From positions 1,760,001 to 1,824,000 of the forward strand of contig CBDBCZ010000018.1 of assembly GCA_965203295.1 (NCBI GenBank): a stretch of 64,000 nt of DNA, given 5' to 3'. Positions within the stretch are counted from its first letter, which is position 1. Every line of letters starts with the position of its first letter. Below, piece by piece: positions 40,290 through 55,582 of this stretch. The stretch is from Nitrospirales bacterium (GTDB taxonomy: Bacteria > Nitrospirota > Nitrospiria > Nitrospirales > UBA8639). The notes under the pieces were generated by a model. That model made no database searches, had not been told where the DNA came from, and saw only the letters and a list, made by a program, of their open reading frames with translations. The position numbers and the translations under genes are program-made.

Positions 40290-41131
40290 TCGAAATTGTG
40301 TGGTAGTGCTAGCAGTTCCCCAGATGCAAAGGCTGGTAAACCACGAGGGGTCCTTATGTCCGCTTCCATTTCATCTTGCACTGCTGTACCTACATGTAAG
40401 TACATGCACATGCACAGCAATGTTAATAAACAAAGGTAAAATTTTATTCATGCATGGTAATATGGTATAATGAGCCTCAGATGTACGTACATGTGGAAAA
40501 CAAGCTAGTTTGTAATTAGGGTGGATTTATCAAGCTCCTTCTTGAGCTTACATGTACATGTACTACAGTGTATATTGCTGATCAACGTGCGATGAACGCT
40601 GTTAGATTAATTGTTAAGAAAATGAATTATGTATAAAAATGTTATCAGGCAGTTATCTATGGTAGAACAGCAAAATGTTTACATGCACTAGAAGAAGCAC
40701 ACTGAGACTATGCAGAAACAGGAGGAACTGAGTTTAGTCAGAAGCTGTAGTAATACGTAATCAAACTAGCTGTAGACTTTCAGTATAACCACATACAATA
40801 AGTAATCATAAATGGCTGCATATCACAATTGTACTTTACCATACAGTTAGTGTCAGTCATAGTAGAAATTACTAGAGCAGTTAACTATCAAGACCACAGC
40901 CTCTTTACTTTGTCAGCAATTAAGTCACTTAGCCTGCTAAAATTTAATAGATTGAATTTAATTGGCCTGTTTTCAGCCCCTGACATCTCAAAATTCATTG
41001 CGTCAGAAATACTGGAATGGGTTCATTATACAATGAGTATCAAATATACTGACTGTACTCACCCAGCATGCTCCATGGCTCTCCCAGCACTGGAACCGAC
41101 GTCATTAGAGACGACTTTGTCAGCCGCATAA
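40290..41131 (-). pseudogene. TRAPPC13: TRAPPC13-like exons 2 (41063-41131) and 3 (40290-40389)
   Basis: Same exons and splice sites as 35796-36656. Confidence 0.82.
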
Positions 41132-41141
41132 CTGTATGCAG

Positions 41142-41335
<194 letters not shown>

Positions 41336-42329
41336 ATGGGTGATGTGTGTCGCATGTGTATGTGTGTATGCGGTGTTCTAGTTTCACCGAACAGTGGGGA
41401 CAAAGCTGATCAGAGGTTTTGGGGGCTCAAGGCAAGCCTAATGATTTTGTTATGCCCACGTGTGTGTGTGTATGTTATGAGATAAAGACAGTCATGTGTT
41501 TGCAGGGGGTGTTTTGGAGTGCACCATGTGTGTGTAGTGGATGCAGTTTAATGCTTCTTTGTGCACACAGGTCTTTGTCTATACATATATGTACTGTCTT
41601 TATCAGATTTGAGTGATATATTCAGTAAGCTAAGCCTGATTTTAGCAGCTGAGATAGTATAGCTGTAGTCAGAGCTATCATCAGATATATCTATTATTAC
41701 ACCTGGTTGTGTCCGTTCGTGTGTTCGTTCATGTGTGTGTGTGTGTGTGCGTACGTGTGAAAAACGGAAACGGAAGCCGCATGCGCGCGCTCCCGGATGC
41801 ACCTTCGACCTGTGACCAGTTCACGGTCACAGGTCAAAGTACCACGTGCCTGTATGTGAAGTGCGAGAAGATGCTAGCTCTTTCCAGCGACTACAAGATT
41901 TAGTCTCGTGATGTCAGGCACTTTAACACAAAGGTTAGTTGCGGTATATAGTCCTAGCTGTAAGTGAAAGCCAAGCAGAGATATAAGTGCTATGCTAGGC
42001 TAACCATGTCGATGTGCATTAGATGGAGTCGGTGCCGTTCGCCTGCATGTAATGAGTCTGTAGGACAACAGGCAGACAGGCACACACGTTATCTAATAGG
42101 TAACTATTCTGTAGGTCCACACAAGTGGCCCACTACCACATGGAAACATCACTGTGGTCATGTACTTTGATTCTGCAAGAAACAATGCGAATGTAGCTAG
42201 GTCTACATGATATGTGAACTTAGTTACAGGAAATTACAAAAGTGATCGAGTGTCAGTGTAATAAATTGCCCTACTTGGTACCGTTTGATAAACATCTGTG
42301 TGATTTCTGTTGGTTGATCGACATGAAGA

Positions 42330-43495
42330 CAGCACGTATATACCGAAACCTTCTCACAACACTGTGTAAGTGATTAAGTTTTTTCCTTTCACGATCACAA
42401 TCTCTACATGTCTATCCACTGAACCATTATTAACAAATTCAATCCCCAAGAAACTGTAACTTGAAACCCTTGAATGTACCTGTATCAACCTCTATGGAAA
42501 ACACCATAAATTCCTGTACTAAATTAATCAACGTTTGTAAGTCCGCAGTATTTGTAATTAAACCTACAAAATTATCAGCAAACATTAGACCCCCAACATA
42601 TAACATCAGTCTTAATAGTTATGCCAATCCCAGCCTTTGTGATCTCATCTAACAACTGATTGGAAAATACATGCAGGATAGGAGACATATTACAACCCGT
42701 ACCACCCGACCTATATTGGATGATTTGGATTTTAATCCCTCCAGTAAAACAGCACTCTGTGCTATGTCATACATAGTCTTAATAATTATCTCTCCACATC
42801 CTACTTAGAATCTTGCAAAATCTACCACATTCAATAGTGCATTCAATGCCTCTGTAATTACCCGGGTCATCAGCACCTTTTTACCAGCCGGAGCGCGTGC
42901 AGCACGTGAACGGCTGGTCCTAAGATTGCTTCACGCTTTTCGCGTCTGTGAGTTTGTCTGTTCGTGCGTCTGCACTTACCACGTGCGCAGTATATTACGT
43001 CATACGTTACTATGCAACTGCCGTGTATAGCTACAGCAAATGAAGGTTGTTGTGTGTTGCCTAGATGGCGAAAACGTGGTAGGAAGCCGTAAAGATTCTG
43101 TTTTCGCGACATATAGCTACTAACTGGAAGCACACAACGAAACTGACGACTCAGCACTTTCGCTGTACAGAGTTACGTAGATTGCTTAGTTTCTTCAGCT
43201 CAGCATAGTTACTATAATTTGTAGTTCTACAGTTGCAGTTACTTTGGCCTAAGCTGAGTTGTGTATTGTACGGGAAAAGTGGGAAAGGTTCCCGGCTAGT
43301 TTTTAGACATGAAATGTCAGACTTGTTTATACAAGCTAACAATTGACCCTTGTCTGCGGAATACTCTCCTCTGTCCAAACTACTTCATATAAACTTTCAG
43401 CAGATTAGCCATTCCTTCGCCACCGTACTTAAAAAGCTCCCCAACTAGCCCATCATTACCTTCTGCTTTTTATTCTTTAGACTTTTAGAACATAT
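42330..43495 (-). mobile_element. Degenerate LINE fragments interrupted by a Helentron-like insert (~42878-43245, hairpin accagccg...cggctggt)
   Basis: Paralogous to 51420-52400; FADN-type RT motif on minus strand. Confidence 0.65.
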
Positions 43496-44714
43496 CTTTT
43501 GAGTTCTGCATATGTACCTACCAACTCGCGCTGAATATCTGTCAATGAACATAAATGATCCTGAAGGAATATCTGTTATTTGTGCGTCTATACTATTACT
43601 ACGGTCAATGAACGTCAATGACCCTGAAGGGTTGATATGAGCATGAGAGGTGTATGTCCCCGTATTACCAACAATAATACCATTGTGCTAAGAGCTGGAC
43701 AAACAAGAGCATATACGTACAAAGAAAGTGACAAGGGTATAGTGAAATGTCTAGTTCGCAGTTTTGAAATCAAACAGACGACTGGTCAAATGTACACTTT
43801 AATAACGTCCACACTATAGATCTATGTGTGCAGTTTAATAGATCAATAATTATATCATGCCAAGTTCATGGAAACAGGAGGGGCACCTTAACCCTACAAC
43901 AGTAGCTACACAATCATGCCACTCACATGCCAGTTTGATGTAGTTTCCTGACTGCAACAGACTGCATTTATGTCAGTATAGAAATTTGAAATAGCACTGA
44001 CCTGTGTGGTAGAGGTTTGCAAAGCTCAAAACTTTATTGTGTAACTGCTTGTAATGGGCAAAGAGTGTTTCTTATATGAAAGGCCTTGCAATTGAAAACA
44101 TACAACTGTGGAATATTCATAGCGTCTGGTTCACTAAAGTAGTTTCACAAGCCAGCACACTTACATTCTACAGCATCCATCACTTACAGCATTGGCATGT
44201 AAAAGAGACATGTGCTGATAGCCTGATGCTGACACTCTTCCACATGCCATGCTGATACTGAAAGTAATGGGTTTGATTCTGTGACTACCACTGAAGTTAC
44301 CACTGCCCTTAACAGAGACAAGAAAAGTACAAGTGTAGGCCAGAGCAAGTTGTCACCTCACCCCACCCCACCCATGCCCCACAGCCCATGCACAGGTGAC
44401 ACTCAATCTGTGTGGCATAATTCACACTCCCAACAGGCAGAATGGAGCTAAATGTAGACAGAAGCTGCCCAGAGCTTTGTTTAGCCAATTAATAACACTA
44501 TGCTAAAGGAGATGTAGAATCGACTTACCCGGTAGTATACGGTTGGTACATATGTACACATATGCATGGTTCTTGCCACACTAATTATTCTACACTCAAA
44601 CATTACATTTATCCCCCACATTATAATTTTACACTGCCTCCTAGCCCTGCACCCAAATACTGGTATTCTTAAACCTCTGTTAGCATCAGTTTTTTACATT
44701 TCAAATGGACTTAC

Positions 44715-46306
44715 TCTTCCTCTTTATTTTCAAGCTTGTTCAGATTAACAGCTTCACAGCCCGCAGCAGGGTCAAACTTTACAACTTCTGAGTACATTGG
44801 ACCTGTAGTGGTGTTCTGGATCTGAACTTCAAGAAGAATATCATCCTGCGTGGTTTATTATGCAGTTCATTATTCACAAGCCATCAACTACGTACATAAT
44901 TACGTGGCCTCATTCCCAGGCACTCTGAAAATACATAGTGTGGGGGATACAAGCTACTATGGGAACAGGGTTAGTGTACTTTATACATTTTCTTGAGATG
45001 GTCTGTTAAAATGAGCAGAGTGTTTGATCTTGTCTAGTACGTAGTACTAACTGAAATGTGAGTAGTTTTATAGGTGGCATTGCTGCCATGACAATACATA
45101 CTAATGTTAGTACATGTATGTATTGCCACACTATTGACCCAGACATGAATTTCCATGCCATAGAGTTTGCAGTATTCTCAATCGCGGCAATGTTATGAAA
45201 ATGGCAGTGCTACATGTACCAAAAGCAACTTGTACTGTACCAATCCATTCTCACTACTGTTGATGACAATTGTCCAAGTGCTGGATTTTCACACAGCAGG
45301 TCACATAGAACTTCTCCACAGTAATAAGTGTACGTTACACAGGAGGAAAAGAAAATTATATATCCTTACATATCTCTCTTCAGAGTGTAGTTTAATCTTA
45401 CTCGAAATTGTGTGGTAGTGCTAGCAGTTCCCCAGATGCAAAGGCAGGTAAACCACGAGGGGTCCTTATGTCCGCTTCCATTTCATCTTGCACTGCTGTA
45501 CCTACATGTAAGTGCATGCACATGCACAGCAATGTTAAAAACAAAGGTAAAATTTTATTCATGCATTGTAATATGGTATAATGAGCCTCAAATGTATGCA
45601 CATGTGGAAAATAAGTTAGAAACTTATCTTCAGAACTACACGACTGGCCGAGTAAGAGAGGTTAGTACTGAAAATGTCACAGTTTGTAATTAGGGTGGAT
45701 TTATCAAGCTCCTTCTTGAGCTTACATGTACATGTACTACAGTGTGTATTGCTGATCAACGTGCGATGAACGTTGTTAGATTAATTGCTAAGAAAATGAA
45801 TTATGTATAAAAATGTTATCGGGCAGTTATCTATGGTAGAACAGCAAAATGTTCACATGCACTACAAGAAGCACACTGAGACTATGCAGAAACAGGAGGA
45901 ACTGAGTTTAGTCAGAAGCTGTAGTAATACGTAATCAAACTAGCAGTAGACTTTCAGTATAACCACATACAATAAGTAATCATAAATGGCTGCATATCAC
46001 AATTGTACTTTACCATACAGATAGTGTCAGTCATAGTAGAAATTACTAGAGCAGTTAACTATCAACTACCACAGCCTTTTTACTTTGTCAGCAATTAAGT
46101 CACTTAGCCTGCTAAAATTTAATGGATTGAATTTAATTGGCCTGTTTTTAGCCCCTGACATCTCAAAATTCATTGCGTCAGAAATACTGGAATGGGTTCA
46201 CTATACAATGAGTATCAAATATACTGACTGTACTCACCCAGTATGCTCCATGGCTCTCCCAGCACTGGAACCGACGCCATTAGAGACGGCTTTGTCAGCC
46301 GCATAA
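44715..46306 (-). pseudogene. TRAPPC13: TRAPPC13-like exons 2 (46238-46306), 3 (45402-45501) and a downstream exon (44715-44845)
   Basis: Downstream exon cgcag|DDILLEVQIQNTTTGPMYSEVVKFDPAAGCEAVNLNKLENKEE|gtaagt resembles [26 protein letters not shown]. Intervening exons are missing. Confidence 0.8.
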
Positions 46307-46317
46307 CTGTATGCAGT

Positions 46318-46412
<95 letters not shown>

Positions 46413-47018
46413 TAGTTAGAGCACTGGACTCACAACCCAAGGGTTGGTGGTTTGAATCCCACCGTGACTACTGGTGACTAAATATTCATTCGTTCAATTG
46501 TTGTGAATTACCATCTTATGTTTCCAGTACATACCAGCCCACCCAGCTGTAATGGGTACCTAGCATTTGCTGGGGTGCAAATTCAACTGACTGCTCTCAT
46601 GTATCAGTTCCAGGAGTTTGCCAGCACTAGCTCAGAGTGTTTGCTTCGTGCACAAGGTGGCAGTATAGGTGGCAGTACAGATGAGGCTGTAGTAGTATAT
46701 AAAGTTGAGGAAATCAAGAGATTGGTACTTTAAAAACCGCTATGAGGGTTTTGGAAGGCGTGCATGCGGCTTCAAAAACAAAAAGCATTTGAGGCCGTAC
46801 CTAGCACTGGAAAGACAGTGGAGATATCCTTTACAGGTGAATGTGACATAGATCCACGTCCAGATAATGTAAGTCACATATGAAGCTACATAACATACTT
46901 CTATGTTGATGTTCTCACCCACCCATTCCCTTCAATGCATATACACTCTCTCATTACCTACATAGACAGTTATGTGTATCTCTTATAGCTTCGAATCAAG
47001 GCTACGTATATCTCTTAC

Positions 47019-50000
47019 CTGTGCTCTCCCAGTTCCTTTACTTCATGCGCTATGATTCGCTCTTCCCAGCTCCCTGGGTCCAGCTGGAAGGAGTCAATAG
47101 TTCCACCTGTACAATGTGAAGACGCAACTACTATACACACTGCCAAGTTCAAGATAAGTGCTGCAGTGAGCAGTAACTATAGCAGCAATTAGCGATAGAC
47201 ATTTGTGACTTGTCCTGATAAGGAATATAAACGGAGCAGATCTGTATGGCCTTCAGACACAAAACTTCAATACAGACTGAGTCAGCCATCTCCTATACCT
47301 ATGCATTACATGCATAATTTGTCCTAATATTGCTAGGGTCGCAACTAAGCCTTCCCACACCGATATTTTATGGTCATGAAAAAAAAACTGGCAATACGAC
47401 ACGACACTATGTAGCTTTAATTACTTGGTGACTGCAAGACCAGACAGAGATCATATACGTACATAGTTCTGTTTGTTACATGACATTTTGTACAGATGCT
47501 CACTCCTTGGCTCTGCTGCAACCTGCCTTAAAGATGGTTTCCTTCACCGGCTGTCGTTGTGCACGGTAACAAAGCCACTGAAATTTTCTCCCAGGTAGAT
47601 CATCCTTGAACGGGGAGAGGGTAAGAAGGGTCAGCTTTCACAATCAGCAGCCAAAGGCAACTACATATACGTATATGTATATGCATGCACATGCTCCTGC
47701 AACTCACAGGCCGTAATCTCACAGCAATACTGCAGTTTCTTGGCTGGACCTTCGCCATTCAAACATGGTGTTCTGGTGCTGTGCCGTATCATGTAGATGG
47801 CGGAGCTCCCTTCCAGAGCCATCCCTCAGGGGGGGCAATTTCAACAATCTTCTTGACATGAGGTTGGTGGATGAGTATGGGACGATTGTAGCGGGACCTC
47901 AAACATGTGACTGCTTCAGTGTATTGGTCTCCAGATCGGGACAGGCTCTCAATAACCCTTTTTGCTGTACCATCCTTGAGTGCGTGGCGGAGATACACCA
48001 GCTTCCCTGTGTCTGAAAGGCTCGTACGTTCATGAACGGCAATGCTAAATTGTTCCCAGAATGTCTGCCAGCTGAGGATGTTACCGTCAAAGGTGGGAAC
48101 GTCAATCTTGGGCAATCTGACTCCACTCGTTATTGTAGCAGGAGATTCTGTTGACGGATTAGGGATGACACCAGGTGTGAGAGTGAACAGTAACTTCTTG
48201 AGTTGCAGGCTGCAGTCGAAGACATCCTTGTCCATGGCGTTCACGGAGGTTTCAACTTCTTCTGCTCGAAGGGAGAATGCAGTTTGACGAATTTCTCCAA
48301 GCTCCTGTTTGAAGTCGGATAACTGCTCTTGATATTGGTGAAGCAGGTGGAGCTCTGCTGATTCTGGCGTCAACGCAAAGGACCGCAGTTTCAATCGCCG
48401 AGAGGTTGCTCTTCAGATAAGACAATCTGCGTGATGCAGTTGAACAGGGACGCATGCTCTAAGTGGATTAACAATGCACAGAGTAGATAGGTGAACCAAC
48501 TTCTCGTATCATTCCAATAGTAATCATGAAGACTGAATAACTGAACAACTACTACACAGTGGCAAAAAGAGATTTATATAGAAAAAAGGAGAGTTCTAGA
48601 ATGTTCCATAGACAGGTGGCACAAGAACAGGTGGCACAAGAACAGGTGGCAAGGACAAGGGAAAATCAGGAGTCAGAAGTCTAAGTACAAGAGAAACAGG
48701 AAAGGGCCTAAAGCATCTTTGAGCATGGTTACAACTACAACATGAACAATGGCTAATCTTTGACATATCTCTAACAGACGTACATGTATGTACATGTGGA
48801 TCGACAAATGTGACCTGCTGTGTAACAACCAGTACTTTCGAATAAGTCAATTCTATGTAACTATGCACAAACTAACTGAAATGTGAGTAGTTTTATAGGT
48901 GGCATTGCTGCCATGACAATACATACCAATTTTAGTACGTAGGTATTGCCACACTATTGACCCAGACATGAATTTCCATGCCATAGAGTTTGAAGTATTC
49001 TCAATCGCGGCAATGCTATGAAAATGGCAGTGCTACATGTACGAAAAGCAACTTGTACTGTACCAATCCATTCTCACTACTGTTGATGACAATTGTCCAA
49101 GTGCTGGATTTTCACACAGCAGGTCACATAGAACTTCTCCACAGTAATAAGTGTACGTTACACAGGAGGAAAAGAAAATTATATATCCTTACATATCTCT
49201 CTTCAGAGTGTAGTTTAATCTTACTCGAAATTGTGTGGTAGTGCTAGCAGTTCCCCAGATGCAAAGGCTGGTAAACCACGAGGGGTCCTTATGTCCGCTT
49301 CCATTTCATCTTGCACTGCTGTACTTACATGTAAGTAAATGCACATGCACAGCAATGTAAAAAAACAAAGGTAAAATTTTATTCATGCGTTGTAATATGG
49401 TATAATGAGCCTCAGATGTATGCACATGTGGAAAACAAGCTAGAAACCTATCTTCAGAACTACATGACTGGCCGAGTAAGAGAGGCTAGTAACGAAAATG
49501 TCACAGTTTGTAATTAGGGTGGATTTATCAAGCTCCTTCTTGAGCTTACATGTACATGTACTACAGTGTGTATTGCTGATCAACGTGCGATGAACGCTGT
49601 TAGATTAATTGCTAAGTAAATGAATTATGTATAAAAATGTCATCAGGCAGTTATCTATGGTAGAACAGCAAAATGTTTACATGCACTACAAGAAGCACAC
49701 TGAGACTATGCAGAAACAGGAGGAACTGAGTTTAGTCAGAAGCTGTAGTAATACGTAATCAAACTAGCTGTAGACTTTCAGTATAACCACATACAATAAG
49801 TAATCATAAGTGGCTGCATATCACAATTGTACTTTACCATACAGTTAGTGTCAGTCATAGTAGAAATTACTAGAGCAGTTAACTACGTATCAAAACCACA
49901 GCCTCTTTACTTTGTCAGCAATTAAGTCACTTAGCCTGCTAAAATTTAATGGATTGAATTTAATTGGCCTGTTTTCAGCCCCTGACATCTCAAAATTCAT

Positions 50001-50132
50001 TGCGTCAGAAATACTGGAATGGGTTCAATATACAATGAGTATCAAATATACGACTGTACTCACCCAGCATGCTCCATGGCTCTCCCAGCACTGGAACCGA
50101 CGTCATTAGAGACGGCTTTGTCAGCCGCATAA
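47019..50132 (-). pseudogene. TRAPPC13: TRAPPC13-like exons 2-5 in native order (50064-50132, 49225-49324, 47527-47604, 47019-47106)
   Basis: Exon 5 remnant VELLTPS..LDPGSWEERIIAHEVKELGEH resembles ..[22 protein letters not shown]. Lesions: exon 3 acceptor AG->AA, 7-nt deletion and GC donor in exon 4, internal deletion in exon 5. Confidence 0.85.
47690..48455 (-). mobile_element. BEL/Pao LTR retrotransposon gag fragment (DUF1759-like)
   Basis: VRLPKIDVPTFDGNILSWQTFWEQF...KLVYLRHALKDGTA...YTEAVTCLRSRY. Confidence 0.88.
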
Positions 50133-50143
50133 CTGTATGCAGT

Positions 50144-50598
<455 letters not shown>

Positions 50599-51419
50599 TG
50601 TGTGTGTGTGTGTGTGTGTGTGTTTGTGTGTGTGTGCGTGTGTGTTGTGTGTGTGTCACATGTGTATGTGTGTATGCGGTGTTCTAGTTTCACCGAACAG
50701 TGAGGACAAAGCTGATATGAGGTTTTGGGGGCCCAAGGCAAGCCTAATGATTTTGCTATGCCCACGTGTGTGCATGTATGTTATGATAGATAAAGACAGT
50801 CACATGTGTTTGCAGGGGGTGTTTTGGAGTGCACCATGTGTGTGTAGTAGATGCAGTTTAATGCTTCTTTGTGCACACAGGTCTTTGTCTATACATATAT
50901 GTACTGTCTTTATCAGATTTGAGTGATATAATCAGTAAGCTAAAGCTGATTTTAGCAGCTGAGATAGTATAGCTGTAGTCAGACCTATCATCAGATATAT
51001 AATTTTAAAGCAGATTGAATTGGCCAATAAAACAAATGTCAGAAGTAATTCATGGTGTAAACACTCACAGCCAGCAGCTCATTAGGATCAAACATTGACT
51101 CTTTCTTGTCTTCAGCTGCTTTCTTTTCTTCTTTCGCTCTGTAATGAGTCTGTAGGACAACAGGCAGACAGGCACACACGTTATCTAATAGGTAACTATT
51201 CTGTAGGTCCACACAAGTGGCCCACTACCACATAAAAACATCACTGTGGTCATGTACTTTGATTCTGCAAGAAACAATGCGAATGTAGCTAGGTCTACAT
51301 GATATGTGAACTTAGTTACAAAAGTGATCGAGTGTCAGTGTAATAAATTGCCCTACTTGGTACCGTTTGATAAATATCTGTGTGATTTCTGTTGGTTGAT
51401 CGACATGAAGACAGCACGT

Positions 51420-53060
51420 ACATACCAAAACCTTCTCACAACACTGTGTAAGTGATTAAGTTTTTTTCCTTTCACGATCACAATCTGTACATGTCTATCC
51501 AATGAACCATTATTAACAAATTCAATCCACAAAAACTGTAACTTGCAACCCTTGGAATGTCTTTATCTCCCCACTTCCGTGTGAATGTACCTGTATCAAC
51601 CTCTATGGAAAACACCATAACAGCACTCTCCTTTACAAAATTCCTGTACTACATTAATCAATGTTTGTAAGTCTTCAGTATTAGTAATTAAACCTACAAA
51701 ATTATCAGCAAACACTAGACCCCCAACATATAACATCAGTCTTAATAGTTGTGCCAATCCCAGCCTTTGTGATCTCATCTAACAACTGATTGGAAAATAC
51801 ATGCAGGATAGGAGACATATTACAACCCGTACCACCCGACCTATATTGAATGATTTGGATTTTAATCCCTCCAGTAAAACAGCACTCTGTGCTATGTCAT
51901 ACATAGTCTTAATAATTATCTCTCCACATCCTACCTCTATCACCAAGTTCCCGTAAGCCATTATGCCAAACTGTGACAAATGCTTTCTGAACATCTAACA
52001 CGAAAGTGTAAGTGTGTTTTCCTTCCCTAATTGTGCGTTGTATGATTTCATTTCGAGATAAAATGATATCAAACCAACTCCTTTTGAAACTCTCTAAATC
52101 CTGCCTGACCCTCATGAAGAGCCCTTTCTGATTCTAATCTGATTACTAAGCGGTTATTTAGAATCTTGCAAAACCTACCACATTTAATAGTGCAATGCCT
52201 CTGTAATTACCCGGGTCCTCAGCATCACCTTTTTTATACACGTTAACAATTGACCCTTGTCTGCGGAATAGTCTCCTCTGTCCAAACTACTTCATATAAA
52301 CTTTCAACAGATTAGCCATTCCTTCGCCACCGTACTTAAAAAGCTCCCCAACTAGCCCATCATTACCTTCTGCTTTTTATTCTTTAGGCTTTTAGAACAT
52401 CTTTTAATTTCTGCTTAGCTACCAACCTTGACTATTCCAGCTTATAGTATTCTCTATACCTCAAAGCCTCATCTACTATCTCAGTAATCTTCAGTACCTC
52501 TACACAGTTTCATTTCCCACTCTTGACTCTATATACGTAACCACCACTTAAGTTTGCACTTATTCCTCCTGCCTTTCAAAGATTCTACCCCTATATCTTC
52601 CTTTATTGTTTCATTGCATATTTATTTGAATTTTTAGAAGAGCAGCCAAGTATCTTTTAGCTGCTCCTACGTAGCTGAATAGATTCTAAAGAAGCTGTCT
52701 CCATATTAAGCCAACACTTCACTACCATACTCTATAAAGTGGGGCAAAGTAACAAAATTAACACTCCAACTGTATTGATATTTCTAAGTTTTTGCTTTCC
52801 ACTTTAATTACCCTCTGTACATTATTGTATCATGACCATTATTGACAATTCAATGCCCAAATAACAGTAACTTGCAACCCTTTTATCTCCCCACTTCCAT
52901 GTACATGTACCTGAACAATTAACTTCTCTAGAAAAAATAATAAAGGCACTCATTTTTAATGTTAGACTTTAACCTTATCTCAGAAGTAGTAATTACATTA
53001 GACCCCCACTCTTATTAACATCATACTTAATAGTTATTCCAATCCCAGCTTTATCTAATT
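51420..53060 (-). mobile_element. Degenerate LINE RT fragments
   Basis: ORF track shows FVLDVQKAFVTVWHNGL and GGLVFADNFVGL. Confidence 0.85.
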
Positions 53061-55287
53061 GATAGATAAATACAAGTCTATCCATACAGTTCTATATAAA
53101 CACGTGTTTAGAACCCACATACATGCAAGCCCTCGGTGGCAATGGAGTGTTTGACTCTATTAAAAATGGTGGGCCTTACCCTGTTAAATAAGAAAGAGAG
53201 GAGAGTAGAAACCGCTTTTGGTATAACTATCAGGTATTCAAATATAAAGGGCGGATTTAGCGATTGTTAAACCCTGTAAATCGCTAGATTGCAATTTATT
53301 TCATTGTACAGACGACAGACAGACAGACAGACAGACAGACAGAGCCAATTGCTTAACCTTGCCGCATATGCATGGGGTAAAAATGGAAAATAGAATAGGT
53401 GACATACTACGTACAACCCTGTTCCACCCCTGGCCTATATCTGATTTTTCTCCATCCAAGGCCAGAAATGTGGCTTATGGTTTATGTTATGGTTAGGAGT
53501 AGGTGGGCCTTACCCTGAGCATGCAAACTTAAGGTTCTGTGATGTGCCAGTGAATATGTATTGTCACAGGAGGGCATCTACATAATTACAAAGAGAAACT
53601 GAGCTAAAAAAGTCAGCTGCCACATGAATACAGCTATATGCTAAGAGCAAAACAAACAAGAGCATATACGTACAAGGGTATAATAGTGAAATGTCTAGTT
53701 CGCAGCTTTTGAATCAAACAGACGACTGGTCAAACGTACACTTTAATAACTTCCACACTATAGATCTATGTGTGCATTTTAATAGATCAATAATTATAAC
53801 ATGCCAAGTTCATGGAAACAGGAGGGGCACCTTAACCCTAGAACAGTAGCTACACAATCATGCCACTCACATGCAAGTTTGATGTAGCTTCTTGACTGCA
53901 ACAGATTGCATTTATGTCAGTACAGAAATTTGAAATAGCACTGACCTGTGTGGTAGAGGTTTGCAAAGCTCAAGTGTAACAGATTGTAATGGGCAAAGGA
54001 GTGTTTCTTATATGAAAGGCCTTGCAATTGAAAACATACAACTGTAGAATATTCATAGCGTCTGGTTCACTAAAGTAGTTTCACAAGCCAGCCCACTTAC
54101 ATTCTACAGCATCCATCACTTACAGTATTGGCATGTGGAAGACATGTGCTGATAGCCTGATGCTGACACTCTTCCACATGCCATGCTGATACTGAAAGTA
54201 ATGGTTTGATTCTGTGGCTACTACTGAAGTTACCAAGTGCCCTTAACAGAGACAAGAAAAGTACAAGTGTAGGCCAGTGCAAGTTGTCACCCCACCCAAC
54301 CCATGCACAGGTGACACTCAATCTACTTCCATGACAAATGTACACTTGTTTACACAACTGTGTGAACAAACAAATATAACTAGGAGTTAAGATGCAAGAA
54401 GCCTTGTGTCAAAGTACCATTTGGTAAGTGTTCTACAAATACCTGTCCAATCCTACTAATGCATTTCTTCTGATTTGAAAGCATGTCCACTTATGTAAGA
54501 GAGTCAATGCTCTGTAAGTATACAAACATACTATCATAAGTAAAGTACAAAGAACTGAAACACTGACAGCTATTTGGGCTTTGTCAGTGCAGTGATGGTG
54601 TGTGTAGCACCTAGAGCTGACCAGCAGCTACATACAGCTCTTAATTTGACTCACACCAGGAAAGCCTCTATGAATTAAAAGTGAACTAAGGCTCTACTGT
54701 AGTTTAGCTTTTCTCTGGTCTCCTAATCCTTCAATTACAATAGAAAACTACTGATAAACATAATTTGCTAAATCAACCCAAAAAGTTAGCAACACCCAAC
54801 AGCCAGACACTGAAGCCAGACACACTAATTTTCTCCAGCCCAGTTGCCAGGGTAGGCTAAGGTTCCCCAGTGGTTATTGATAATGACAAGATCATCATTG
54901 CAGGACATGTCCAACTACCTCTGTGATTGCACATCAACATGACTGTTTTCCAAAAGTGCATTTATATATAATATATAAACTATTATATGCACTCATGCTG
55001 TTGACAGATATTGGTAATGTCATTACCACGGATCAGCAGCTGTTTGATAGAGATTCCTTCAGACCCAGTTACTCACTTATCGGTTCAATAAAGTGACACC
55101 TGTTAATTCCAAGTTTCAGCTAACTGTGAGACATGATCCAGCATTGTTCTCAGCTGCTGGTCGACACTAGCTACCAGGAATCCAATACCTGATTCTGTGA
55201 AAGTGTTTAGCCAACTACGTACATTGTATACTATTGCACCTACGAACAAACTGGTGTGCTTTATTTTTACATTTCAAAAGGACTTAC

Positions 55288-55582
55288 TCTTCCTCTTTAT
55301 TTTCAAGCTTGTTGAGATTAAAAGCTTCAAAGCCCGCAGCAGGGTCAAACTTTACAACTTCTGAGTACATTTGACATGTAGTGGTGTTCTGGATCTGAAC
55401 TTTAAGAAGAATATCATCCTGCGTGGTTTATAATGCAGTTCATTATTCACAAGCCATCAACTACGTACTATTACGTTGATGTTCTCACCCACCCATTCCC
55501 ATCAATGCACAACTCCCTTGGTCCAGCTCCCTGGATATTGGGGGTATCGTCAAATATACTGGGAAGGAGTCAATAGTTCCAC
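55288..55582 (-). pseudogene. TRAPPC13: TRAPPC13-like exon 5 (truncated, ~55510-55582) and downstream exon (55288-55418)
   Basis: Paralogues of 47019-47106 and 44715-44845. Confidence 0.75.

Noticed and set aside
46889..46915. Possible remnant of TRAPPC13 exon 7 (..INIE|gtatgt)
   Set aside because: Too short and disrupted to support by eye.
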